In this document: positions 10,679 through 20,609 of the stretch, piece after piece
Layout: the number at the start of each line of letters is the position of its first letter
Position numbering within the stretch: the stretch's first letter is position 1
From: Nitrospirota bacterium
Lineage (GTDB): Bacteria; Nitrospirota; Nitrospiria; Nitrospirales; Nitrospiraceae
Direction: 5' to 3'
NCBI GenBank assembly: GCA_963701855.1
Contig: CAVPBK010000006.1
Span: 1,504,001-1,568,000, forward strand
DNA: 64,000 nt
Notes under the pieces: model-generated
Databases searched by the model: none
What the model saw: the letters and a program-made list of their open reading frames with translations, nothing else
What the model was told of the DNA's origin: nothing
Program-made: the position numbers and the translations under genes

Positions 10679-11073
10679 GGTGACCTCCCGGGCAATTAAT
10701 CCTGAGAACTCGAATTGTAGAGATGGAGAGCCTCTTTGGTGAATCCGTTACGCACTCTCTACAGTTTCTACTCTACCCGCTCCGAAGAGTGAGGAGAACT
10801 GAGACGATTACTAGGTTTGTCCCTGTGCAATGTCGTAGATGTGACAGACGTGTTACTTCATCCAGCATAGTCGCTGAGCAGGGCTCCTAGTAGGAGCTCC
10901 AATGCACGGCTCTCATGGATTCTTTCCTTCGACAGGTTATTGGGGTGGTGCTTGTCGTCGTTTCGAATGTATCGACTTTCGAGAAGAATATCTGGTGCCG
11001 GAGAAACTGTTCGAGTTAACGGGTGAAAGTGGAAGAGTGGCCTGAATCACCGGCTGCGTTTGGATTCTAAGAT

Positions 11074-11100
11074 GGATAAACCGGGACATTCTACTTTTCC
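11074..11100 (+). repeat. Junction motif type 2 (ATAAACCGGGACATTCTACTTTT)
   Basis: Similar to 11816-11838 and 45485-45513. Confidence 0.6.
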
Positions 11101-11174
11101 TGCAGCGCCTGACCCGCTAGCACTGTTCTCCATGCGGGGAGTAGCCTGAGCCCACTGGTTGTTCTCCTGTTCGG

Positions 11175-11633
11175 ATGAGCGCCATGCGGAATGTCTTCTT
11201 CCTTCTCCTGCTGCTACTGCCGCTCTCCGTCCACGCGGAGGATATCGGCGAGCTGAGCGCGAATCCGTACAATCCTGATTCCACGTCCAATCCCTTCGGG
11301 GCTGGAAGTCCCTTCAAGCCGGACGGCCTGAACAATCCCTTCAGCCCCTACGGCAGTCCCTTCAGCAATCAATCCGCGACAAATCCCTTCGTTACCGATG
11401 CGCCTCGGCTCCTTGCTCGTCTCTCCGGTCTGTCTGGTCTCTTTGGTTTCTCTGGTTATTTTCCGGTCCGGTCAACAAGACAGACCAAATAGACTAGATA
11501 AACGAGATAGACCAGTTTCGTTTCTCCGTTCTCGCCGGACTCAATCAACAACCCCTACGGCGCCGGAAATCCTTACAGCCCCAGCAGTCCCACGAATCCC
11601 TACGGACGCAACCTTCGAATTGAAGGACGCTGA
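11175..11633 (+). pseudogene. NPYG/NPFG-repeat protein, copy 2, interrupted by a 111-bp palindrome (11412-11522)
   Basis: EDIGELSANPYNPDSTSNPFGAGSP...DAPRL | element | SPFSPDSINNPYGAGNP...IEGR*. Confidence 0.85.
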
Positions 11634-11671
11634 TCCAGCCGCTGAACCGCTTCGCGTGACCTCATGGCTGC

Positions 11672-11700
11672 TTGACACCTCCCTACGGACGGCCTAGCCT
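11672..11700 (+). promoter_or_regulatory. Putative sigma70 promoter TTGACA-17-TAGCCT in the conserved post-NPYG sequence
   Basis: TTGACACC conserved at 2354, 11672, 16959, 23193, 46086. Confidence 0.45.
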
Positions 11701-11863
11701 TGCCGATCATGCCGGGAGCACGTTACCAAACCTTCCGTCTGGGTGATCGCTCTGAACTACTTACAGAGCAGTTGCTGTCTGCCTTTGCATTCACAACCCG
11801 CGTTCCAGGGACCGGGAAACGGGGACATTCTACTTGTTCGGCATCGGCTGACATGCCAAGCGC

Positions 11864-12030
11864 ATGATTGCCGATGTGATCCTGCCCGATGGACTGAATC
11901 TCAATCAGAAACTCGTCAAGCAATGGTGGTGCTGGTGGTACCGGAAATATGCGTCGGCAGATACCACGTTAGAGAGGCTAGAGGCTGAAGCGAGGGAGGG
12001 ACGGAAGCAGAAGTGCGAGGACGCTAACGG
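11864..12030 (+). pseudogene. Thermonuclease (SNase) C-terminal remnant
   Basis: IADVILPDGLNLNQKLVKQ..CWWYRKYA..LE.EARE; matches 20610-21080. Confidence 0.8.
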
Positions 12031-12052
12031 GTTTATGGAAGCATCCGACCCG

Positions 12053-12358
12053 CTACGGATTTTTAGGAAAAACGCCCTTCTCTATGAGTTTTTTGTTGTA
12101 CGCGTCGGCGTCCATGGGGCAGAGAAAGAGGTCTCTAACTTCTTTTAGAGTCTCAAGCCGAAGCTGCATTCTCATTGGCTTCAGAAGTGTGTCCCCATAT
12201 GTCTTGTAGTTAGAACCATGGGAAGTATAGGTGTAGGCCCCAGTCCTCTTGCCGTTATACTCGTGATAAAAATATTTGTGGCTTGATTTAGCAGGATCTA
12301 GCACAAACCCTTTTTGGGGAAGAGTGCTTTCGATCTTATCCCGAGGAACCTGAGACAT
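12053..12358 (-). CDS. HicA-like toxin candidate
   Basis: L.QKGF....SSHKYFY..NGK....T.SHG pattern; last gene of a tight operon. Confidence 0.55.
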   Translation of the reverse strand: MSQVPRDKIESTLPQKGFVLDPAKSSHKYFYHEYNGKRTGAYTYTSHGSNYKTYGDTLLKPMRMQLRLETLKEVRDLFLCPMDADAYNKKLIEKGVFPKNP

Positions 12359-12360
12359 TC

Positions 12361-12771
12361 TCAGGCGGCCTCGGCTAGGAGATTTGAAAAAATGTTTTTC
12401 AAGCGGATGGCGTCGCCGATGACTTGGGAGTCCTCAAGGGATCGGTAGTACTGCCAGAAATGGACGATGTGGTGTTCTAAATCGAGAACAGCTTCTTCTA
12501 AACTTCCACCCGTCCCGACCACGTTAAGCGCTTCGTTTTCCGCGAAGAACCACGCACCATCTTGAGTAACGTTAATACCGATCGGTTTCGACGGCAAGTA
12601 AGTGTGGCCAGCAATCGTTAACTTCAACAGAGGAAATTTAAATGGCTTAAAGAGGGGTTCTGCTACCGTTGCCGCTTCCTCATAGGTCGGAGAGCCTGGT
12701 ATAGGACGGAAGTGCGCAGGAAATTCTCCAAGGATTTCATGAGCGCTACGCGTCGCGCCGACCATGGTCAT
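12361..12771 (-). CDS. HicB-like antitoxin candidate
   Basis: WFFAENEALNVVGTGGSLEEAVLDL pattern; overlaps upstream gene by 4 nt. Confidence 0.55.
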   Translation of the reverse strand: MTMVGATRSAHEILGEFPAHFRPIPGSPTYEEAATVAEPLFKPFKFPLLKLTIAGHTYLPSKPIGINVTQDGAWFFAENEALNVVGTGGSLEEAVLDLEHHIVHFWQYYRSLEDSQVIGDAIRLKNIFSNLLAEAA

Positions 12772-13469
12772 ATTTCCTCCCCCCTTATATAGTTGCGGTA
12801 CTCGTCCGTGATCATGCCCTCAAACATTTGTTTTGTTACGCTGTGGCTCTCTTCCAGATACGCCCCAATTTTACCAAAGACCAAATCCGATTGCATGGCA
12901 TAATCGAAATCCAAAAGGATGGCCTCGTGACTCTTGTCTTCCGCTAACATATGCTCGATGCGCGCGTTAATGATCCCGTTCCCAACCGGCGAGGCAAAGG
13001 CAAAATTCATCGTGGTGAAATTATCGGTAGCCGGGGGAGGTAACTGAAACCCCACCTTCAGGTATTCGCGCAACGGAATACTTCCTGCTTTAGGCACAAA
13101 CGGAATGGCGTTGACATAGCGCAGCCCCGTCCTCGTCAGCTTCTCGATTTTGAATGTTGTTCTAAAAATGGCCGCTATTCTTAGGACTTCCTCTTTGAAC
13201 GCGTCAAAACCGGGGTATTTCTTCGTGCTGTACGCGAGCTTGTTGATTGCGGTCATGATGGTCGCTTGATCATCCTCTTGCTTAAAATGATACAAGGCCA
13301 GTGCGGGGGCGTCTCCAGGTTGTAGCTTTGGGACATACACCTTTGGGTATTTATTGCGGACCAGCCGGAAGAATTCATCCCGGCGACATTCGACCGCCGG
13401 GTCTCCGGGGAAACGGATCTCAAAAGCAACGTCTATGAGGGGCTGATTGGGATACTGTTCTGCACTCAT
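12768..13469 (-). CDS. TIGR04255-family protein
   Basis: YPNQPLIDVAFEIRF, YPGF..FK, RTGLRYVN, ILLDFD, H...K.MFE.MIT. Confidence 0.85.
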   Translation of the reverse strand: MSAEQYPNQPLIDVAFEIRFPGDPAVECRRDEFFRLVRNKYPKVYVPKLQPGDAPALALYHFKQEDDQATIMTAINKLAYSTKKYPGFDAFKEEVLRIAAIFRTTFKIEKLTRTGLRYVNAIPFVPKAGSIPLREYLKVGFQLPPPATDNFTTMNFAFASPVGNGIINARIEHMLAEDKSHEAILLDFDYAMQSDLVFGKIGAYLEESHSVTKQMFEGMITDEYRNYIRGEEI

Positions 13470-13718
13470 CGTTTAAAACAGCATGGGCTAGCCGAGGGCG
13501 TTTGTCTAGCAGAGATTGAAGGGAAGATTAGCCGATGAAACCCGATACAGTCAAAATAATTGCGCACCTCTTGTGATCTTTTCACAAAAGCTATGTGGAT
13601 CACCCCTAGAGCCTCTGCACTGTGTCTATCGCCGTACAGGTCGGGTGCCTTTCACCATCACCATTGTCAGAAACTGTGTCTCAACGGAGGGGTTCACCCC
13701 AGGTTCACCCCATTGAGG

Positions 13719-13912
13719 TGTGCTAATTTTGTGCGGCAATTCTTCACAAACAACCGAATTCAGTAGAAGCCATGGAATCAGTAGAAAGCCAGCAAGCTCA
13801 TGATGTTCAACGATAAACGGGGAAACCTTCGCAACATCGAGCGGTTCGAATCATTGGCCTTCTGCCACTCTTAATCAGCGGGCCGTAGGTTCGACCCCTA
13901 CACGGCCCACCA
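13719..13912 (+). repeat. att-like site: arm + tRNA-Lys(CTT) 3' half (13868-13912)
   Basis: 45-nt fragment identical to 3963-4007; arm TGTGCTAATTTTGTGC; preceded by GGGGTTCACCCC. Confidence 0.9.
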
Positions 13913-13917
13913 AAAAA

Positions 13918-14229
13918 TCAACTACATAGCGAAGCACTAGCCGGAGAGTTATTGGCAGGTGTTATTACGGTGTTAGATTGGTAAGAATTTAGCTTCTTTG
14001 CTGCAAGGCGAAGATCAGCCTCGGAAACGGAATTGTACCGCTTGTGCATCTTCTCTGACTTGTGACCCACAATCTTCATCGCGGTCACGGTATCTACCCC
14101 TGCCCGTCTTAGATTCGTCGCTGCACAGTGCCGAAGGTCATGGAAACGCAAATTTTTGATCCCAGCCTTGCGGACAGCCGTACCAAATGACCGTTGTTTG
14201 GCGATCCACTCCATGGCCGCTGTGCCCAT
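13918..14229 (-). pseudogene. Tyrosine integrase, C-terminal remnant
   Basis: FHDLRH, IVGHKS..M..RY; converges on the tRNA fragment. Confidence 0.9.
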
Positions 14230-14268
14230 ATCCGCACTTCACCGAAGAGAACCCGTGAGGAAAACGCC

Positions 14269-14547
14269 ATGTTCAATCAAAATCATTTTGGAACTTGGGT
14301 GTATGTGTGTCTGCTCGTCGTGTTCTTTGGCTTCGGTTTGTTTATGACTGGAAAGGAGATCCACCACTGGGTGACGGCGCCCAGTGAACGCGAGCAGCGC
14401 GAAGCGATCTGGATGCGCCTGACAAATGGCGAGTTTAAGAGCTACCGCGATTGCGTCAACGGTCATAAGGAGATCAGCCTTCCAATCTTGAAGTATTGCC
14501 GCGAATGGCATCGAGAGGTAACGTTCTTTGAAGAGTCAGGAGACTAA
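14269..14547 (+). CDS. Small membrane-anchored hypothetical protein
   Basis: GAGG RBS; one N-terminal TM segment. Confidence 0.55.
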   Translation: MFNQNHFGTWVYVCLLVVFFGFGLFMTGKEIHHWVTAPSEREQREAIWMRLTNGEFKSYRDCVNGHKEISLPILKYCREWHREVTFFEESGD

Positions 14548-14724
14548 GCGAACTTGACGAGAGGCACTTTCCATTTTTATTTGATGGTCTCTCTATATCC
14601 CAAAAACGCTCAACCCACCGTGGGTCACAGGAAAAATGGCGGGAGCAGCGTCGGCTCAAACTCGCTGACTCCCTTGCGCCTTCCTGAACGTCCCTCATAC
14701 AATACGCCTCCCTGTGAGGCCTCT

Positions 14725-15057
14725 ATGCCCTTCACTATTCGTCCCTTCCATCGCTTCCCTGTGCAATGCTCCGTCACATACAACGCTGGGCCATTCCAAG
14801 GCCAAGGTACCGTATGGAATCTCTCGTGTTCTGGTTGGCGACTCTCTGGTGATCTGCCGATGCGACCAGGAGAAACCCTCTCGCTGACCGTTACGTTTCC
14901 GAATGAGCAACGGATCGAAGTACCGGAAGCGGTGGTGCGATGGTCGAGAGGGCAGGAGTTTGCGGTAGAAAATGTCGTGATCAAGCCCCAAACCCATGTT
15001 CGACTGAAGCACTACGTGAAGCGGTTGGTGCAGAGCTCAAGTCAGTTAGCGCCATGA
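14725..15057 (+). CDS. Stand-alone PilZ-domain protein
   Basis: RPFHRF, NLSCSGWR, AVVRWSRG. Confidence 0.85.
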   Translation: MPFTIRPFHRFPVQCSVTYNAGPFQGQGTVWNLSCSGWRLSGDLPMRPGETLSLTVTFPNEQRIEVPEAVVRWSRGQEFAVENVVIKPQTHVRLKHYVKRLVQSSSQLAP

Positions 15058-15107
15058 GTGACGAATGCCCGAGGAAAAGGCATCTTGAGCACGTATCAAG
15101 GTGTTTA

Positions 15108-15371
15108 ATGAAATGGCTGGTGCCCGTTGTTTTCATGTTTCTGTTAGTTGGCTGTCTCTCACATACTATGAGTTCGTGGGAAGGCAAGCACCGAGATGAC
15201 CTTATTCAGAAATGGGGCCCTCCCAATCAAGAAGCAACGCTCAGCAAAGGGGGAACCAGTCTGGTTTATATACAGACTTGGGCCAACCAGTATGGGGCCA
15301 ACACCTGCCGCATGGTTTTCAACACCGACGAGGGAGGCATTATTAAGTCTTGGTCATATTACGGCTGCTAA
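15108..15371 (+). CDS. Small lipoprotein
   Basis: LVGC lipobox; DLIQKWGPP. Confidence 0.7.
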   Translation: MKWLVPVVFMFLLVGCLSHTMSSWEGKHRDDLIQKWGPPNQEATLSKGGTSLVYIQTWANQYGANTCRMVFNTDEGGIIKSWSYYGC

Positions 15372-15534
15372 TGGTAGGGGAGACTGAAAGTGCGAAGAAT
15401 AAAGTGGGAGATGATGACATTCCATGAGGGACCGTCCCAAACGCGACAGCATGTCTATCGAAGAAGCCACCGTCTCCAACATGTGGGGGATCGCGGATAT
15501 TTGGAAGTGCTCGACCGAAAGGGCCTGCTGTCGA

Positions 15535-15816
15535 ATGGAAGTACATAAACAAGCCTTTTGGGAGAGGAAAGGGACAGAAGGTTATCCAAGACTTTGGGTT
15601 TGTACATACTGCTTTGATGAGGTCTTCTGGCAAAAGATTCCAAATCCTGATTGCCCGACCTGCCACCACATCAAAACCTACGAGGACTTCACGCTCGAAG
15701 AAATCATGGGCTGGGGCACCGAGGAACTTATCTCCAAGGCACGTCAGGCTAAGGCGCAGGCAGTAGCGGCTATACTACTTGCTGATGCAAAAACACAGGA
15801 CAGGCAGCTTTCCTAG
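15535..15816 (+). CDS. Zn-ribbon protein, in frame with an upstream gene remnant from 15424
   Basis: WVCTYC...CPTC. Confidence 0.6.
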   Translation: MEVHKQAFWERKGTEGYPRLWVCTYCFDEVFWQKIPNPDCPTCHHIKTYEDFTLEEIMGWGTEELISKARQAKAQAVAAILLADAKTQDRQLS

Positions 15817-15943
15817 AGACTGGTTCATACATCGAATGCATTCACGCGCAACGTGCTCGAACGGTTGGGGCGAATCAGGCCAGCGGGTGGCGAAGGGCAC
15901 GACGCACTAGAACAATTTCCAAAATAGGCTCCGCACAAAAGAC

Positions 15944-16639
15944 ATGCCGAAACCACTCGTATCGTATCGCCCATTTTATGCCAGGACGCTTAAGGCAAAG
16001 AAGCTGAAGAAACTCGCATTCCTTTTTCGGCACTGGGATCGAGTGCTGTCAAAGGTAAGTGCGCCGTTAGCGAAACGGTGGCATGATCATCCATTCTGGT
16101 ACGGAGAGCGGAGTAACATTGGATGGCTTGCGCTTGCAGCTCATGAGTCAGGTCATATAGCCATTCAGGAACCATCGGTGACAAGATCTGGGAAAGCAGG
16201 CAGGAGCGATTTGTGGGTGATCCGACCGCCGCATATGTACATGTATGACTTTGAAGCAAAGCAGATAGAATTATCAATATCAGCATTTGCCAAAAATCCT
16301 CTTCCACTAAAACTGCCAAAGACGATTGAGGATTTGCTTCAAGAAGCGATACGCCAGTTAAAGAAAAAGGATAAAGAATATGATGCGCACACGGCAATCG
16401 GTCTAGTATTCCTGCCTCTCTATTCACGTAGTAAAGCGGACAGAAAAGAGCTTATCCGGTCAATCAACAATTTCAGGACTGCAATGCTGACGAAATATCT
16501 AAAGCAGCTAGGGGCAGACTTCCTGGCCTTACACATTCCTCCATATTCTTATGTGCAAAGTAATTCGCTGGACTATTCAGGAGTCCCTTCACCAGGGCTT
16601 GCTATAATTGGAAAAATTCAATGGTCCGCGTCGAAATGA
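15944..16639 (+). CDS. Hypothetical protein, possible PD-(D/E)xK nuclease fold
   Basis: YGE...QE...GRSDLW...DFEAK; AT-rich, Lys-rich. Confidence 0.5.
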   Translation: MPKPLVSYRPFYARTLKAKKLKKLAFLFRHWDRVLSKVSAPLAKRWHDHPFWYGERSNIGWLALAAHESGHIAIQEPSVTRSGKAGRSDLWVIRPPHMYMYDFEAKQIELSISAFAKNPLPLKLPKTIEDLLQEAIRQLKKKDKEYDAHTAIGLVFLPLYSRSKADRKELIRSINNFRTAMLTKYLKQLGADFLALHIPPYSYVQSNSLDYSGVPSPGLAIIGKIQWSASK

Positions 16640-16649
16640 ATCTTCGACA

Positions 16650-16830
16650 AGCATATGTTCAATCTTCATTTGCATAGCCCTGCTCTTGCGGTACGAGAAC
16701 TGTACCGCCAGCTTCACCGGCTCCGTCGTGTCTGTCCTCGATGGCGACACCATCGAAGTTCTGCACTACACCTACCCTGAGCGTGTCCGCCTCAGTGGCA
16801 TTGACTGCCCTGAGAAGGGCCAAGCAAGCC
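16650..16830 (+). pseudogene. Thermonuclease N-terminal remnant
   Basis: VVSVLDGDTIEVL..ERVRLSGIDCPEKGQA, then homology ends. Confidence 0.85.
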
Positions 16831-17285
16831 GCTTCATCACTCGTCTCCGGCACAATATCTCTGATTCACAACCTTCGCCACCGCTGTTCCATTTTCCGTC
16901 CCAATCTATAAACTGTAATGACGGGACGGAAATAAAAACAGCCTCGCTATTCTGATCCTTGACACCTCCCCACGGATCGCCTAGCCCCCGTTCTCAAAGA
17001 CACCTACTGAATTTCAACTCACCCTCTCTCGTCTCGTTCCTGGCCAAGTGACTCGCCGCCAAAAAACAGGAAATCTCCGCGATCTGGTCACATTTGCTCA
17101 GCGAGCAAGTCCCCGGAGAGCGTAGCTTTATAGGCATACGTTTTTACAACTGAAGGAGAGAACCGAAGAGATTCCCGATGATACGAGACGAGTTCTGACC
17201 TATATAGACGAGAAGATGCTAGAGATTTTGAAATTCAAGGGTAGGCACCGTTCGATAAATAAGGATCGGACAATGGGGGCACGTG

Positions 17286-17459
17286 ATGACGACAGTTCAA
17301 ACAGTTTCCTTACAAATGAATTGGAAACGGCGAACGGCTCAATCACCATGTGAGCATTCCAACCTGGAGTTGGAATGGAATGAACGAGGTCGTTCGACGG
17401 GCCACTATGCCTGTATGCTCTGCGGTGAATCTGTGGTGCTCGGGCCTCTAGCCGCGTAA
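17286..17459 (+). CDS. 57-aa C-x-H...CxxC protein, paralog 2 (below ORF-track cutoff)
   Basis: Manual translation MTTVQTVSLQMNWKRRTAQSPCEHSNLELEWNERGRSTGHYACMLCGESVVLGPLAA. Confidence 0.75.
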   Translation: MTTVQTVSLQMNWKRRTAQSPCEHSNLELEWNERGRSTGHYACMLCGESVVLGPLAA

Positions 17460-17682
17460 CATCTCCACAAGCCCTTCCACCGTCAATAGCGCGTTTCCCT
17501 CGCACCGGTTCGTCACGAGTACATCCGCGTCATTACCTGCACAGACCGCAACTTCCATTCATTTTTCAAAATTGAGCAATGGTGAACAGACTGGAATGAT
17601 CAGCGTCGCGTATTGTTGTGTTCAGATAAAGGCACGACCGTCTTCCTGAGAATAGGACACGAGGACATAAGGAGGCCATTCA

Positions 17683-17847
17683 ATGAAGATCAAACAAGCA
17701 GATTTCATTCGAGCGAGGTGGAGGGGGCAATCAGCCCTGGAAACATGTAGACATATGACGCTGGAGGTAGAACTTAATGACCAAGGTGATTCGACAGGCA
17801 ACTATGTTTGCATTGTCTGCGGTGAAACTGTAGCGCAACGGCCCTAG
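17683..17847 (+). CDS. 54-aa C-x-H...CxxC protein, paralog 3 (below ORF-track cutoff)
   Basis: AAGGAGG RBS; MKIKQADFIRARWRGQSALETCRHMTLEVELNDQGDSTGNYVCIVCGETVAQRP. Confidence 0.75.
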   Translation: MKIKQADFIRARWRGQSALETCRHMTLEVELNDQGDSTGNYVCIVCGETVAQRP

Positions 17848-18090
17848 CCGCGTAACGTCTCCACAAGTCTACCCTTATATTCCTCCTACGCTCTCCAATC
17901 CGACCCTTGCGTCGTCGTTCGGTTCCCTCCTACAATACGCCTCCTGCGAGGCCCTGCTCAAGGCGTCGGACCTGACTGTGGCAGAGCAGGAAGCCGTGGA
18001 AACCATGATAGGTCGGCTCCAGGAAAACCTCGGCTCTGGACATGAAGCCGGTTAGCCGTTGAGCCTTCCTCATACCGAATGACCTAAGTG

Positions 18091-18460
18091 TTATTTTTCG
18101 ACCTGGCGAAGAGACAGCACACGGTTCACATCGTTCACTTCGTGCACTTTCGCTTCAATACGATCTCCTCGGCCAATCGGTCCGCTTATCTCGGTGGCTG
18201 AATCAACACGGTACCTCACTTCTTTACCGTTATACCGCTGGATGAGATAATCATTGCCATCGACGCGCAACACTATCGCCCTTGATGGTGTGGATGCCTC
18301 GCTGTACTTCCTCATTGCACTTAAGGAGATTGGGCTCACTCCCTTTCCTATTCGCACAGGGGTCAACTTCCATTGTGGCCCCTTGCGTGACGTTGGAAAG
18401 ACTCAGACACAGCACGAAACCACACGACATGACACCGATGATTTTGGCAATAGATACCAT
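18091..18460 (-). pseudogene. Frameshifted paralog of the 6863-7222 secreted protein
   Basis: N-part MVSIAKIIG..HTIKG and C-part VLRVDGND..GDRIEAKV are in different frames. Confidence 0.8.
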
Positions 18461-18552
18461 GGGGCACCTCCTCGGTAAATATAAGAATGCAATAGGTTTA
18501 TCTAACCGTGTCTAGGAAAATATGAGCCTGCCGGACAGCCGAGCAACCCCGA

Positions 18553-18720
18553 TTACTCAACCCGAGTGCTCCGCCCCGTGACCAAATGGATCACGACCAA
18601 CACCACTCCGATCACGAACAGAATCCAGGAAATCTGGACCGCTATTGCTGACACTCCGGCGAGATTCAGAGCACCGGCAATCAAGCCGACCACCAGGAAG
18701 ACTAATGCGTAGTAGAGCAT
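18553..18720 (-). CDS. DUF1328/YtjA-like small membrane protein
   Basis: Manual translation MLYYALVFLVVGLIAGALNLAGVSAIAVQISWILFVIG..; GAGGAG RBS. Confidence 0.85.
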   Translation of the reverse strand: MLYYALVFLVVGLIAGALNLAGVSAIAVQISWILFVIGVVLVVIHLVTGRSTRVE

Positions 18721-18969
18721 GACCTACTCCTCTCTATGAAATGCGATGCTAATAAATCCTAATCTTGCATAGCCGGTTTGTGCCACTGGGGATCTCCCCA
18801 GTTTTCGGTCGAACAATAGAAAGGACTCTAACCTGTCCATTCAGTTACGGTTTGACACCACACGACGATTCTATTACAAGACCACTAACCGCTCGCTTTG
18901 TCTCAGCAATAGGCATTTTAAGCTAGTCGGGATGAATCCGGTGTGATACATCTCCTGCATTGAGGGCTA

Positions 18970-19539
18970 TTGATGTCGTCTCCACATGCCAGACCCAAGC
19001 ATTCGTCCTTCCTGCAATGGTGTCGTGGCCTCATCCAAACATTGTCGTATGAAGGCATTCTGAGCATTACTGTCTATCTGCCACCCATGTTCTTCATGGT
19101 GGGACCGGCGTCGGTTGTGGCGAACAACCCATGGATCACTCTCATCCTCAATGCTATCGTCGGTTTTGCTGTGAGTTGGGTCCTGCACCGTGTGGGGCAT
19201 CGATTACTCACAGTGCTGCCGAACGAACCGAAGGCTATTTACCTCTCGACCTCACTGCGCCTGCCTGTAAAACTTACGCTGACTCAATTCGTGTTGGTGC
19301 TGGAGGGTATCGTCGCGACCGCGGTTTTCAGCGCGGTCGTGGGAAAGCGATTCTTTCTTGTCGGCGGTGTGCTCGAGGTTCTGTCCAGCGCAATCTTCTT
19401 TGCCGTGGGTCTCGGCCTGTATTTTCTCCCAGTCTATCTGGGGAAGCTCTGGATCAAGAGATATTATTCTGCGTTGCCTCTGTTGCGTCCGACTGCTGAA
19501 GTAGTGAACAGGTCTCTCACTGGCGTTGGTCCACGATGA
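18970..19539 (+). CDS. Multi-pass membrane protein
   Basis: About four hydrophobic segments. Confidence 0.6.
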   Translation: MMSSPHARPKHSSFLQWCRGLIQTLSYEGILSITVYLPPMFFMVGPASVVANNPWITLILNAIVGFAVSWVLHRVGHRLLTVLPNEPKAIYLSTSLRLPVKLTLTQFVLVLEGIVATAVFSAVVGKRFFLVGGVLEVLSSAIFFAVGLGLYFLPVYLGKLWIKRYYSALPLLRPTAEVVNRSLTGVGPR

Positions 19540-19840
19540 AGCCTGCTCGAACAAGTGGGCGATCTGCCAAGGGCTTTCAGCAATCCCTCTTCTTTCGCTG
19601 AACTTCTGCCCAAAACCATAACTCCGCCTGCAACAGGCCCTGCCCTGCCGACAAAGCCCGTTTATCGAGTACCTACTCAAGCCCTTTTTTCAATTTTCCA
19701 AATATGTTTTAGAGACTCTTTTCTATGTGCACTGTATCCCCCTTTACCTGACCGGCAACCGCCCCACAACTGCCACCCCTTCCAAGGGTGGCCCACCGCC
19801 AGGAATACGCCATCCGGCCCACCATCTTGTGCCATAGGTA

Positions 19841-20011
19841 CAGGTGTTAATAGGGTGTTAGGAATAGCGACAAACTGACTGGATTAGCGACCAGAAGAGC
19901 CGAGTAGAAGCGAATAGTGGAATGTGCGAATCGCCAGTACTGGCAAGGGGATTGCCCAAGCCATCAAGCACTTGAGCAACCCCCGAGCTGAGCACTCTTA
20001 ATCAGCGGGCC
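19841..20011 (+). repeat. Second-type att-like site: GGTGTTA tandem arm repeat + 19-bp tRNA-Lys core
   Basis: CAGGTGTTAATAGGGTGTTAG matches 13956-13976 at 19/21; CACTCTTAATCAGCGGGCC at 19993-20011. Confidence 0.75.
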
Positions 20012-20247
20012 TCAGGCTTGATAGCGCCGCATCCCATCGTGTTTTGGTTGTAGCCAGCGGCAATGGCCGACCGGCTAGCGCCTACGAGGCGCACCGCTCG
20101 CGCCAGTAAGACTGTCACTCCCGCCGCTTGTACCTCTCCGGAACGCCGGCTGCGGCCTCTGCCTCACGTTTCCTCCGTGAACTGTGCGTTGGCTCTCCTC
20201 TACGTGTGAGAGAGCCAACTTCATTTCAACAACAAGGAGGAAACAAA

Positions 20248-20484
20248 ATGGCTACCCACAACAAACCCGCAAACACGCTGCGATGCGGCAACATCAAAGC
20301 GACCATCTGGCAGAATGTGAGCGAGAACGGTCCGTTCTTCACGACGACCTTCTCCCGCCCATTCAAGGATCAGTCTGGCGCTTGGCGCAATGGGTTTTGG
20401 TTCGGTATCAATGACCTTGAGGCCCTTGTCACTGTCGCGTGTGATGCCAAGGTGTGGATTGCCGATCACGTGCTCAAGCGTTGA
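20248..20484 (+). CDS. 78-aa conserved small protein, putative PC4/PUR-like nucleic-acid-binding fold (intact copy)
   Basis: AAGGAGG RBS; KP..TLRCGNIKATIW.N....PFF..TFSRPFKD.SG.W; degenerate copies elsewhere; fold is inference. Confidence 0.75.
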   Translation: MATHNKPANTLRCGNIKATIWQNVSENGPFFTTTFSRPFKDQSGAWRNGFWFGINDLEALVTVACDAKVWIADHVLKR

Positions 20485-20494
20485 GCACATGAAG

Positions 20495-20524
20495 GGGAAG
20501 CCTCCGGTCCTGCGGGGGCTTCCC
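20495..20524. terminator. Conserved hairpin GGGAAGCC...GGCTTCCC
   Basis: Copies at 2410, 24038, 25762, 53032, each after the PC4-like gene end. Confidence 0.6.
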
Positions 20525-20609
20525 TTCGACTCATCTACCTCATTGCGAGGTGACAAAATTCCAGTGCAGCGTGGTCTAATTTTTCGGAGGAAGGTCAGAA
20601 GCCCACACC

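Noticed and set aside
11175..11633. Diversity-generating retroelement or retron behind the repeated genes
   Set aside because: No reverse transcriptase in the window, and differences between copies are not visibly adenine-specific
13918..14229. Classical integron (IntI + attC cassettes)
   Set aside because: The remnant shows no IntI-specific insertion and I found no attC-type sites after ORFs; the repeats are tRNA-derived
13868..20011. Prophage
   Set aside because: No structural, packaging, lysis or replication genes recognised anywhere in the window
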